The notes: generated by a model from the letters alone, not told the origin. Counted from the first letter of the stretch, positions 50,813 to 63,400 are shown. The stretch: DNA of 64,000 nt from Gekko japonicus (GCF_001447785.1 NW_015169194.1:488459-552458); one strand, 5' to 3'. Made by a program: numbers and translations.

Positions 50813-52006
50813 TGAGACTTACTTTCAAATAGATGTGTTTATCATGTTACTTTGATTGCTTTTGACTACAGTACAATATGCGATCTCACATACCTATGAA
50901 ACCTTTGAGTATATGCTAGTCATGAGCAAAGAGAGTGATTGATCCAAGCTAAGAAAATCCAAATACCAAGAAGATTGTAAACTACTGCACAAGGAGGCTC
51001 TCCAGCTCAAAAGTGGTGGCTGCTGGCACCAAGCAACAAATTAGTGCATCACACCCATGAAAACTAGGTTTCCAGCAGTTAATTTAAAGACTCCAAAAGG
51101 AGATATATTGAACTCACAGATTTTATACAGCCATGCTGGGTGGTTGTACAGATGTTGCTTAATAAGCCATTTTTAAAGGTTATAATCCTCAAACCACTTA
51201 TTCAAACCTGGTCCCAGAGAACATGGGACTACCTACATATTATACTGAAAGCGACCTTCTGCTCGGAGGCACAAATCATTTATCCCAGTCCACTTGCACT
51301 TTAGCTCAGTCCTACTGATGTCAAGTGGGAATGGCTGACTCAGATTATTTGTGGATCTGCCTGTAGATTTCAATTCTTCAAAGCAGCAGCATCACAATTT
51401 GAACAATTCTGAGAGTTACAAGACATTCTCCCAATTTATTTAAAAGAAAAATGAAAATCAATTAGATAAACATTTTCCAAGTACAGAGAACTGGATTCCC
51501 CACGGTCCTCAGTTTTAAATTTGGTTCAGTAAAACAAGAAATTACAAGAAAATGTGACTGGCATTTTCATAGAAAAATCAAAACAGTGCAGTACATGGCT
51601 TTGAGACTACAATTAATCACATTGTTTTTTGTTTTAGTCCCATAACTTTTTTCTTGAGAAATCAGACTGCCATCCACTTTTCATATGGATGATCTCCCAA
51701 ATCAACATTTTAAAGGATATTTTAAAGCATTATACTCCCATGTAGTCTCATTTGTTTAAAAAAATGTAGCAACCTTAAGTTAAATCTCTGTGCAGACATA
51801 AACAGGACAAAATCCATATATTACAAATAAAAAGCTGCCTTTTTCCACAGCTTTTGGGGAACGTGTATTTTGCAACTTTAAGCAGAGAGGGAAGGCTAAA
51901 CATATTTAAAATGTTCTCCATATTTAATTGTTCTGTAACTAGAAATTATTTGAAGAACAGTATTTTACAAAGGAACAGTGGATTTGAAATATTTTCTCAA
52001 CATGAG

Positions 52007-52243
52007 TTACGATCCAACACGGGTTGTGGTGGTTCTTTTGTCTGAGAAGAAGCTTTTGAGAAGAAAAACCTGCCCAATGCTAACTACAAGAAGAATGATA
52101 GCTTCTCCTACTGACCAATAAGCCACCCGTGTGTTTAAATCTTCCGCTCTGCTGCGGCCTTGGGCTTCTCTTAATCGAAAATGAGTTTGGTGATCAATGA
52201 CAGACTTTAAAGCTTCATGAATTGCAACACATGCAGATTCCAT
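52007..52243 (-). CDS. TMED7: Transmembrane p24 trafficking protein 7, exon 3
   Basis: [13 protein letters not shown]...[39 protein letters not shown]. Acceptor ctttatccag. Confidence 0.98.
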   Translation of the reverse strand: MESACVAIHEALKSVIDHQTHFRLREAQGRSRAEDLNTRVAYWSVGEAIILLVVSIGQVFLLKSFFSDKRTTTTRVGS

Positions 52244-53479
52244 CTGGATAAAGAAAAAAAATAATATTAATAAATAGTTCTCCCATTGGACAATATACTT
52301 TTGCAATTGTTGAGGTTTCTTCACTTAGTTGAGCTTTATTTTCTGAAGGTTAACCAACAGCTGTTGATATGGCTACACTGTTTCTTCATCTAAGTATTGT
52401 TTGCAGTGATATGAAGGCATTGAGCTTTAAGGATAAAGAAAACAGAAACCAAATAACTCGATTTTAGCATATAGGAAGTTTCATCGCTTACAGTAGAAGG
52501 ACATGGAAATATTATATTCTCTAGGAGTGTTTTTCTCTATGTCAGTAAAATTTTGGTCCAGATGCTCACCCTTCTCCCTTTAAGTCAGAAAGCAATAACC
52601 TTAAAATCACATTTCAGTAGTGGCTGAAGCAAAACTATGACCAATAACTAGGTTTTCAAAAACACCCATATTTTAATTGTAGTATAAGCACTCAAACCTG
52701 TTCACACTCAACTGTATGATTAATGCTTTTGCATGTTATGTTCTTGATATTAATTCTGCACAGACATTTGTATTCTTGCCACTTGACACTTTCCTCCATT
52801 GTGGCAAACAGATTATACAATCTGACAGCTAGTGTATTAGTGAACCCCCTAATTCATATTAAGCTGCATTTTACACTACTGCTACAGAAGTCTGTGACTG
52901 ACTGCAATGCTGAACACTCTCTTTGGCTGTATTTCCTGCAGAACAAGAACCTGAGAAGTCAATAACATTTGGAACCAGAGGGCGGCCAGGATGGAAGACC
53001 CTTCCCTTGTTCAGTTCCCTTAGACGTCCTTTCTGATTCTGGAAAAGATTGTTTCCAGGGCTGCGGGACCCACATGATCCAATAGCTGCATTGCTTACAA
53101 GGGGAATGGGCAAAATCATCCTTTCCTCTCGTCGGTCATCACAATTCCACTGACAGAAGATGCAGGAAAAGTGATTTCACCCTCTACACTGCAGCTTTCC
53201 ATCCCATGTGATTTATTAGTCCCACCTGCTCCCGCAACTGCCCCAAGGTCATAAAAGACTGTTGGGGGAAGAGAGGAACAAGGTAAGGATCTGCATCAGT
53301 TAATTGCTCTCAGCATTCCACAGTTAAGAAGGATACATCTGCCCACCAGTCTCTGATTTTGATATATTTATTTCCTATCCTACATATCCCCCCCCCCGGG
53401 CATTAAACACAAACAAAGGGTGACCATATAAAGTAAGCTTGTTATTTCAGTTTGGTCCTTGCATCTGTTAAACACCTTC

Positions 53480-53680
53480 ATTATGCTGTATGCTAATTTG
53501 CTGCTCACTCTCTACCTATATGTATGGACTAGTAATGTCCATTTCAATGTATGTGAAGATGTGTGTGTGTGCACATGAAAGCTTATACCTTGAATAAAAT
53601 GTTGCTGGTCCTAAAGGAGCCACTGGACTTGAACCTTGTTCTGCTGCTTCAGACCAACACAGCTACCCGCCTGAACCTAA
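53480..53680 (+). mobile_element. Penelope-derived short repeat with decayed hammerhead-like core
   Basis: tgaaga..gtgtg..gcaca tgaaagcttatacc..aataaa..ggtcctaaaggagccactggact. Confidence 0.45.
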
Positions 53681-53797
53681 ATAAAGCTTAGTATGACTAA
53701 TAATCAATGTATGTGCTGTACTCAAGTAACTATCCCTAGAAACCTAATGTCTCAGTAAGATGTTGCCTATTCTAAATCAAGTAAAAAGCAACTCTAC

Positions 53798-54043
53798 CTG
53801 AGTAAGTGCAGTGACTCTGTTTTCACTAGGAAACAGAGGTGGATCATCTCCAACCTGGAAGTCGAAGTACACAGTTTTGTGTGTGAAGGTAGAAAACTCG
53901 TTGCTGAAACAAAATTTATATGTTCCATTTCTGGATGCAGTAAAAGTAAAACTATCATACTGTTTCTTCATCTCCTTGTATAACACAATGCCATCTGGAT
54001 CTTCTAAGCGACAGTCAACATCATAGTGTCCTCCAGTGATCAC
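53798..54043 (-). CDS. TMED7: TMED7 exon 2 (GOLD domain)
   Basis: [11 protein letters not shown]...[22 protein letters not shown]. 246 nt with cag| and |gtagag boundaries. Confidence 0.98.
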
Positions 54044-55106
54044 CTGTGGAACAAAGAAAACATTTTTGGGGAATGCTCAATAGTCAGCAGCATTATAATT
54101 CCTGGCAAATGTGGCAAGCACATTTATAGAACACTGAACACAGCCCCAGGAAGCAATTTTCTATAAACCAGCAGAGCTAAGATGAAGGGCAGCTTTATTA
54201 AAACTGTTCAGTTGTAATAAAATTTCCAACTTTAACAGCCCCAAACTATGTCAAGAAAACCAAGGAGAAATCAACAGGAGATGTCCAAGTGGAGACCCTA
54301 AGATACTTGGCCTAATCTACATAAGTGTCACAAATCAGACTGGAACTATGGTTTCTACTACTCTCTCTGTCACGATACAAGCAGGAGTCCTTCTAATGTG
54401 ATTTCTCAAAAGAAGATAATTTTCATTAAAGGCTTGTACAAACTTTGGTTATGGTAACGTTTAAAGAGAAGCTGAATATTAAAACAGAATGGATTGTATT
54501 CTATGACCATCCTACTGACAGAAGCAGATCTTTCCACACTTTCCCTTTCCCCCAGCAGCCCCTTTTGAAAAACAATTGCCACGTGAAGAGTGGACCCTCA
54601 CAGACAAAGAAAGCCAAACAGATCAGGATCGACTGTAGTGAGAAGGGAAATCAGGACAGATCACCTCTCCTTCCTCTGCAGAATGGCAAAAGGAAGCAAT
54701 TCAATAGAGAAGAACAGTTGTTCTTCTCCAGGGCTAGATCTCACGTCCCCTACCAATGTAAAGATAAAAATAGTAGAACAGGTTCCAAGTAAACGCATCT
54801 TATAGGAGTCAAGGCAGCAGCCGGCAATGACTGCCCCACCCAACTACATTGACTCCTGAGTTAGCCAATATCCCAAATCACGGCACAGCCCCAGAAAAGA
54901 AAACACATCAGGCATTTTGCACATACCACAATCAAGGTAAACAAATACAGGAACATCTTCTCAAAAACCCTTACAGGTACTCTGCCTCAGAACACCAAGC
55001 ACATACACCTATCGGAAACTTCCACTTCAATACTGAAACAAGCCACTCAAGTATAGTGGGGCCAGAGGGACCAAAGAGAGCTCCTGCAGCTTGACCTTCC
55101 TCTGTC

Positions 55107-55741
55107 TAGAGATGTGAAGGCCCGGAAAAAAACCGGAAAAATTCGGAAAAAAACCGTTTTCCCCCCGTTTTTTTCCCTGAAGCTTTTTTGTTTTTTTCCG
55201 AAAAATTGGAAAAATTGAAAAAAGAAAAGAAAAGAAATTGATTATGGAATGTTTTATTTTAACATGATAAATAAAATATTTTAAGACAAGGTGTTCAAAT
55301 ATTTTCCAAATCATTTCTAAAATATATAATGGTATCAGATTGATCTAATTTCTGTGCACTGAGGACAAGCAAGTCCTAGGTTACAAACTGAACTCTCCAA
55401 TGCAAGAACAAGATGCATTTCTTCCTTTAGGAGGTGCGATTGTCAGAAGAAAATAAAAAGGTTTCAGTTTTGTTTTTGCATGTGGGTAGGTATTCTGTTT
55501 GTAATAATTGTTTGGGTACACTATATTTTTAATATGCTAGTTGTGATAATTTCATGCCAAGTAAAAATGTCCATAGTCATTTTTTTTGTTCCTAAAGTAA
55601 CAGAATGACTTTCAATCTAGAAAAGACAAAAGAAATGCTAATGTAGCATTTTTTTCAATTTTTCCGAAAATTTCCGTTTTCCCCCGGAAAAAAACGGGTT
55701 TTTTCCCGAGCTTCAAAATTTCCGGAAATTTTACATCTCTA
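55107..55741. mobile_element. Young non-autonomous hAT element, 635 bp
   Basis: TIR tagagatgtgaa / ttacatctcta. Perfect 8-bp TSD cctctgtc at 55099-55106 and 55742-55749. CCGGAAAA subterminal repeats. Confidence 0.9.
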
Positions 55742-55799
55742 CCTCTGTCTCAAGCAAAATGAAGTGCAAAAAACTCAACATCCATGGCTAGAGAGCATC

Positions 55800-56960
55800 T
55801 CCCACTTCTGTCAATAGACCCACATTAGGAAAAGCTGTATTGTCTTAAGTGCACTCCTTTACTCAATAGACTGGAGTAGTCTCACACAGTGAGCAACCAC
55901 ACTACTGGCACAAAGGACCAAAACATCTTCAAAGCAACTAAACCCTCACTACACACAACAGAGAACTGCAGTGAGCAAAGCCATCTCCATTGATGAACAC
56001 CAAGCACTCTACTGTTTGGGATAACACTTCAGTACTCTCAGTTGTTCAACAGCTTCTAATGAACTCGTAGTTACAAGAACCATCTGTCACAAACATCCAT
56101 AAATTTCTCTTGTATCTCTGTAGGAAATATGACAGGCTCTCCTGGTCAACAGGCAACCATTCAACATGCACAGGGGCAAGGGTTGTGCCACGAAGTACAC
56201 GACTTCCAGAAGCACTAGACTAAACAGCAGTGGAAAATTAGCTGTTCCTATGCAGGGCTGCCACTCATATAGCTTTGAAAATGGCTTAATAGTAATATAA
56301 AAGGCACAGCCATCCCCAACAAAGATGAGTATGCATCTGTATCCTTTTGAGACTACAAGGTAAGAAATGACATGCTATGTGCAGTGTTATTAGCATTGTC
56401 TGTGTGGTCTCACAGAAGGATTCAAAATCCTCTCCCAGTGATCTTGTCATCTATGTACTCTCTGTAAAGGCTTCCTTCCAGGCATACAGTTAGAGAGCTG
56501 GCTGACTGTTGCAATTCAAACAGCAGTATTTCCTTCTCTGCATGGTCTTACTGGTTACCTAACACCGGGTGGCTGTTTGTAAGCAACTGCTTTTTGAGCT
56601 GGTACGGAATTCAAATGCCTGTTTGAGCAGAGTTCTGACATTTGTAACTGTGGACATCAGCTGCTGCCATCCTAAATACTGTGCTAAGGCATTAACAGTG
56701 CTGAAGGAGACACTGTGGGTTCTTCCTGACAGTATTCTTGGGCTCTGTGAGTGGGAATTATTATGGAATGGGTTAAATGACATTTTGGTGCTTCCAACAT
56801 TGTCACATGTCAGTTCCATACAAGGTTAATGTGTGGTGGTGTCAAGAGATATTGTTGTACACATTTTATGAACCACTTTGTACTCTGCCACTGACTAACA
56901 GGTTTGACTTGGTAGGTGTGCTTAGCACTTCCATAATGCATATGATTCTGACATCATGAA
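55800..56960 (-). mobile_element. Highly decayed LTR-type pol remnant
   Basis: Minus-strand EYIDDKITG (about 56434-56460), LNSVPA and DTDAY occur in RT to RNase H order, but the match is fragmentary. Confidence 0.3.
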
Positions 56961-57874
56961 TGTATTCAGGTATTAACTTTGGTTCATTTGTGACTGTTGT
57001 TTGAATGCATGCTGGGAAGAAGGCTGAAATGCTGATACACAGTTATGCTACCCATGACCTTGCTTGTTCTGGCCAGCTACAACTGTGCATGTTTCTAATG
57101 TGAGTTAACCTAGCTAGAATGAAGGACAGTAAGCACTCTGTAACCATATCAGTTATATAGATACAACATTGCTGCTTCATAGCTTCCAAAAGAAAAGTGT
57201 ATTGTTCTGTTAGGAAAAGAAGAACTCTGCCTGGGAACAACCACCCCCCCAGGTCTTAACCCAATGGGAAATAGGTGATGAAATTTGACAATGTTTGATG
57301 GAACCAATAATTCTGTTCTATTTCTCTGATGTAATGTGAAGTATAAAATGCTATTTCACCCATTGTAACACTTGAAGAATCTGTTGGGTATTCAGGGTTC
57401 CAAAACCCTTGAATCTGTATTCTTCCTTATTAATTAATATTTTTGTTGTTGTTTCCAACTCTACAGGACTGCTTTTGTGTGTTTTCTCAAATTGGCCTGG
57501 GCAAACACAATCAGGGACAAAGGTTCTGTCTTACAATATCATGATTAGCAGATGACAATGAAATGGCTAAGGATTCTGGAAGAGTAGCTTGCTCTGCTGC
57601 TTTTTCTACAGCTATGATTAAACTTTGGATGTTACTGCTGAAAGAACATAGGATTCCAACTAAAATTACCAGTATACTCTCCAACACAGCAGCATCTATT
57701 TTAGGCTACACAATAGATAACTCTGCCCATGAATGAAGTGGCAGTAAATATATTCTGTGTTGTTCAACCTAGAGCTATTCAATAACAGATTTGTTTCATT
57801 TACATATTTATTTCCACCTCATTTTAGGATTCTAATTAAATATGCTGATTTTAATTGTTTAAAACAAGATTTAC

Positions 57875-58075
57875 CCTGCCCTGGATAGCCCAGGCAATCC
57901 TGATTTCATAAGATCTCAGAAGCTAAGCAGGGCCAACTCTGGCAAGTACTTGGAACGGCGACCTCCAAGGAATATCAAAAGCGGGATGCAGAGGCAGGCT
58001 ACTCAAGCCACCTCCCTGAAAAATGTCTAGGCCCCCAGGAGAGGTCGCCAGAAGTCACCATGACTTCCAAGCATG
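57875..58075 (+). mobile_element. 5S rRNA-derived SINE
   Basis: agatctcagaagctaagcagggcc...agtacttgga, related to 17095-17292. Confidence 0.65.
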
Positions 58076-58806
58076 CACACAAACACACACACAAAATATC
58101 TAATTTACCTCTTCCCCACTTGCCCAAGTATAATTGTTGTTCTCCTTACATCCATTAACATACAGAAGCAATTAGTATTGCCTAAAATATGTTCTCTTGA
58201 AACATCTGCTTTAAATCAAGGAGTCTTAATTCAAGGTAAGTATTTAGGGCTGAAATTTAATACTTAATTCTTTCTCAGTTCTACACATTTTCACAGGTAT
58301 TTGAAGGCTCGCTACATATACTACAGTACTCCAAGCCTGCACTCTTATTCAACATTTATATCCTAACTTTCCCATTGACTACAGTGTCCGAAGGCACCTT
58401 ACAAAAGCCAAGCAAGCAAGCAACAGAAGCATTAGGACCAGGAAATAGTACAACTGTAAGAAACAGTAGCACCACTGAATTATCTTGTATGCCTTCCATA
58501 GCGTTCAGTGTTTAAGGAACCAGGCCAATGTGGGGACCCTCCTTACTCTGTCAGGAAGGGCATTCCAAAGGGCCAGTGGCACTGCTGAAGAAGGCTGAGC
58601 CCAAGCAGCAGCCAATCAGATACCTTCAAAGGAAGACACCAAAAGGAGGCAGCACTAAAAGACTCATAGTGAGACAGAAAGAGTATTAATAAAGCTAATA
58701 TTTTGTTATATACATAACTCATGGTTTCCAAGTATGGAACAACATGAATGTACTGGGCAGAACTGCCCTACAAGCAAATAATGTATATAGGAAACAATCT
58801 CTACAG

Positions 58807-59003
58807 CAGTGGTTCTCAACCTTCCTAATGCCGCGACCCTTTAATACAGTTCCTAATGTTGTGGTGACCCCCAACCATAACATTATTTTCGTTTCTATCA
58901 TAAAACCATCGAAAATTTGTGTTTTCCGATGGTCTTAGGCGACCCCTGTGAAAGGGTCATTCGACCCCCAAAGGGGTCGCGACCCACAGATTGAGAACCG
59001 CTG
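58807..59003 (-). mobile_element. SPIN (Space Invader)/URR1-type hAT MITE
   Basis: Ends cagtggttctcaaccttcctaatgccgcgaccc and ggggtcgcgacccacagattgagaaccgctg match the recalled SPIN consensus. TSD ctctacag/ctctatag. Confidence 0.9.
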
Positions 59004-60207
59004 CTCTATAGGGACAGCAGAGTCTTCTGAGTTTAAAGGGCCTTACAAACAAAATAAGGTACACTACTATTTCCAGTTTTGTTTAAAGTACAGATTCTAG
59101 CATAAGAATATAAACCCTAAGATAGAAGCCCACATCACCTGGCCACCTCATGTTCTAAAAACCCCACTTGCCATTAACACTTACCAAAGTAGTACCAGGG
59201 AGGAGTGATACTCAGTGGAGCAACAGAAGGGCAGAAATACATAGTCCTTCCCCCACTGACTATTTTCCCCTGCTAACCAACCCACCCTCTTCCATACCTA
59301 TATTTTCATTTAAAACATTAGTATGAGTCCCCAACTAGAAAAGCAGCTTGAAGAGCAAGGAACTGAAAAGGGGAAGCAATGAGCAAACAAAAGGCCAAGC
59401 TCTCCTTTCCTCCAACCACAGTCTCTAAAGTGGGAATCAACCTCCTTCCCATACCACTTTGCAAAGAACCAGCACCTGGCATCTTAGTACATGAAAGCAC
59501 TGTTTAACAAATAGCTTTAATGTAAGTTGTCAGATGACAGGATTTAAAAAATCAAGTTTTAAAAGCAACACAGAATGGATATTTTCTTACATTATACTAA
59601 GTTCTTGAAACCCCAAATCTTATAGTTAACAGTTTTAATTGCCACACAATTTCAGTCTACCAGTCACCATACACTGTGTGTGGATAATAATCAAATATTA
59701 CTCAAACTGAATGGGGAGAGATAAAGAATGAATATGTAGAAGGTTTAGAGAACAATTAGGATGAATGGAAAAAGATGATGAAACAGACATTACAACAAAC
59801 TGATGTGACCAAATACAGGACAGGGTTATGTTGCTTCACAGTACCAATGGTGCCTCAAAGAATTGCATAAGATAAGTGCTTCCTTTGTTTCACTTGAACA
59901 ATGAGATGATTCACCATTTCAGCTATACAGAAAAGAAAGATGCATTCCTTGAACTATTAAGCTACACCTAATGAAAACTTTTCAGGAAAAACATGGCTTT
60001 ACAGAGCTGACATAAAAGGTTATTTTACAAATTAACCAACTCAAACTTTTCCATTAGTTTTCAGAGACAGGTGGATGACTAACAGTGAAATGCAACAGTA
60101 GGCATACCTCTTTCTATAGAACCGCATATGTTGTGCTCTAACTCAAGCTGCCACTAGACTCCTGTTTATTTATGCTCCAACTCATATGCTTTCATCAGGT
60201 TATATGA

Positions 60208-60620
60208 GGCCCTGTTCATACGAGCCCATTTGGGCCGGGAGCGGGACAGAACGGGGGCGGAGCAAACGGGCACGATCCCACCTCAACATCTGGGGAGCGT
60301 GCCGTCTCCGTCCCTGATCCATCCCAAATGCCGATACCGCGCCGTACAAAAGAACCACCTATCTAGGTGGTTGCATCCATTGGAGCACCTCGAGCTGGGC
60401 TGTGGGATCGGCGGCGCGTCCTTGCGCCGCCGCATCCCGGCCCCCGGCCATACTGCGCATGCTCGAGCATGCGCAGTTCGGCAGCCTCCCCCTCCCATCG
60501 GACTTTTCCTCCCCGGCATCTGATCGTGCCGGGGAGCGATGCGTGGGATCCCGCCACGGCGTCTCAAGTTTGGAGCGGCTCTGAGTAGCCGCGTTTCAGC
60601 CGTCCCGTGTGGCAGGGGCC
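60208..60620. mobile_element. CpG-rich Harbinger-like MITE with a central palindrome
   Basis: Imperfect TIR ggccctgttcatacg / cgtgtggcaggggcc. Perfect 26-bp palindrome at 60452-60477. Confidence 0.6.
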
Positions 60621-61940
60621 AACATAGTTCTATTGGTTGTATATATTATTCAAACCTGTCAAGCCAAAGTGTTTAGTGTATTTCTTCTCCCATGACCATC
60701 CACATAGCAAATGTTTCAAGATGGGGCAGAATGCATGGATTGCCAGGCAGTTGTTACCATTTATTTATGAGTAACATAAAAAGATAACAACCATGAACAG
60801 CAATACAGAGTTCTAAAATCGTCAAGTGAATGTTCAGTTGTGAACTCCAGCAAATAGTTAGCATCCTTATCTGCAGGAACATTTAAACCCATACAACTCT
60901 CCCTACTCCTCCCCCAAAGTGTAATCACATTATGCATGTGTAGCCCCTGGAAAAATCAGGGAAAATTGCAAAAATATCTCCTCTAGGCTTCTTTCTTTCT
61001 TTCTTTTTTTAAAAAACTTTTATTTTATAGAATTTTTCTCTGGAACAAAACTTGGTTAAGGGGGGGGGGCAGAGAGAGCAGCTGGCAATGCTTTTAATTT
61101 CTGAAATATATCATTAAAGAAAAAACTGGTGAGCCCTGATGTAGATGGTGGACAGGGAATATTGTGGAAAATATTGATAGGAAGCACATGGGTGAGAAAA
61201 CATAGCAATATCTCAGCACAGGACACCCATTTAGATATACTTTGCAGATTAACTCACTCTATGCAGGGCTACCCTTGCATTTGACCCAGAAACTTCAGCT
61301 GGTCCAACACCTCTAAGGGCACACGTTCAACCAGTGCTCCACCACTAGCATTTTAATATGTTTTAATATGAATAGTCAGAACTGTTTATTATTAATATTG
61401 TTGTTAATGTATCTTATTATTATTTTACTGTAATTTTATGCTGTTTTGTAAGCCACCCTGAGCCAGCCCTGGCTGGGAGAGCGGGGTAGAAATTTAATAA
61501 ATTAAATCAAATCACCAGCTCCATTGGCTTCCAGCTGTATACTAGATCAAGTTCAAGGTTATAGTATTAACTTTTAAAGCCCTGTGTGGTCTGGGAACAA
61601 CATATCTGCAAGACCTTCTCTTCCTAAATGTCCCCCCCAAAAGCTTTATGCTCCACAGATCAACATCTGCTGGTGGTCTCCAGTCCAAATCAGATCAGCT
61701 TCGCCTCGACCAGAGCCTTTTTGCCTCTAGCTCCAGCCTGGTGGTCCAAAGCGAGATCAGGGCCCTGCGGGATTTGTTGCAATTCTGCTTTGTTGTTGTT
61801 CAATTGCACAGTCGAGTCTGACTCTTCGCGACCCCATAAACCCCATCACGCCAAGCCTCCTGCCATCTTATGTATTACATGATGCTGCATAGGCTTTAAA
61901 TATTCCAGATTGTGTTTTAAATTGTTTTAACTTATTGTAT

Positions 61941-62291
61941 GTAGGAGTTGCGGTGGCTCAAGTGATTGACGCTGAACTGCAGGCTGGAAGGTCGGTAGTT
62001 CAGCAGTTCGAGACCCGAGTGCCGCATGACGGAGTGAGCTCCCATCTCTGGTTCTAGCTCCTGCCAACCTAGCAGTTTGAAAGCAAGAAATTGCAAGTAG
62101 ATAAATAGGTACTGCTTCAATGGGAAGGTAACAGTGTTCCGTGCGCCTTGGCGTTTAGTCATGCCGGCCACATGACCACGGAAATGTCTTTGGACAGCGC
62201 TGGCTCTTCGGCCTGGAAACGGAGATGAGCGCCACAACCCTAGAGTCGGATTCGACTGGCTTTCAAGCAAGGGAAACCTTTACCTTTACCC
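61941..62291 (+). mobile_element. Full-length Sauria SINE
   Basis: tRNA-like head (gtggctcaag, gttcgagaccc) and (acctt t)n tail. 14-bp TSD ttaacttattgtat at 61927-61940 and 62292-62305. Confidence 0.9.
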
Positions 62292-62518
62292 TTAACTTAT
62301 TGTATACATTTAAATGTTGTAACCTGCTCTGAGCTCTGCTATGCAGGGAAGGGTAGGCTAGAAATCCACCAAACAGATAACTGTATTGTGCACTGAACAA
62401 GACTAACAGAAATTAAACAGCAGGAAGTCAACCCTTAATGATCGAGTTAGGGATGCTAGCAATTACCTAACAGGAGGGCATCTACATATGGGCTTTGAAG
62501 GAGGAGTTGTGCTCTTAC

Positions 62519-62698
62519 CTGGAACTCCAGGGTGCACTTGACGCCCTGCATAATCTCCTCGTAGAAGCACTGCTTGGCATTGTCTGGCAACTCAAACGTG
62601 ATCTCCGAGGCTCGCACGGCACGACCCAGGTTTAGCAACAGCAGCAGCCCCCACAGTCTCGCCAAGGCACCAGGGCCCAACCTGCCGCTCAGCATCAT
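62519..62698 (-). CDS. TMED7: TMED7 exon 1 (signal peptide and GOLD start)
   Basis: Hydrophobic leader followed by [28 protein letters not shown]. Donor CAG|GTAAGA. Confidence 0.96.
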
Positions 62699-62699
62699 T

Positions 62700-63400
62700 T
62701 CCTTGGCGGAGATTCAACCGCAAGTGCTGACAGGAATAAAAGAGCACGACGTGAGCCCGGAACAAAGGGGAGAGAGATGTAAAAAGCAGGCCTCGCTCGT
62801 AACGGAAACCTCAAAAGAGTGAGTGGGGAAAATATTAGTCCGGTAACTTACCCGTGCAAACCGCGGATAGGACCCACCACCTTCCAGAGCCGGTTTCTAC
62901 CTGTGGCGTGGCCAAAGGCTTTTTTTTCTTTCAAAGGCCCGGAAGTAATGGGAATCCACCGTATGCCGATAAAGAATACTTCCGGGTGAATTGTCATTTG
63001 CAGACGTGGAGTTGTTTGGACGTGAAAGGTGGAGCTGGAAGGGGGTGGGGCCATGCAAAGAACTGGGCGGGGCTTGAGCGGCGAAGGGCTGCTATTGTGA
63101 TTTGCCGATGGTTACACGGCTTTTATTGGCGCTTCCAACATTGACGCTAATAGGACGTTGCTCTGCGAAAACCGTCGCGATGCGTGGCAGAGCTTCCTTG
63201 CCAGCTTTTACTCGTTTAATTCTATTGGTTCTTTGGCGATTACTCGGGCTGCTACAGTAAATTTGCGTACCAGAGAACAACTTCTAATGTTTCGCGTCTT
63301 TGAGAGAAGTGTGCCTTGGATCCTGTGCGAAGAACTTCAAAAATGAAGAAAGACGCGACTGGATCTCCTGGCTGGGGAGGGGAGGGGGAATCAAGAATCC
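62700..63400 (-). promoter_or_regulatory. TMED7: TMED7 CpG-island promoter
   Basis: CCGGAAGT at 62939-62946, ACTTCCGG at 62978-62985, GACGTG motifs, a GC box at about 63065 and CCAAT boxes. Confidence 0.75.

Noticed and set aside
57040-57540. Possible solo LTR (TATA-like gtataaaa, ending ttaca)
   Set aside because: No clear TG start or TSD, and its orientation conflicts with the adjacent pol-like remnant.
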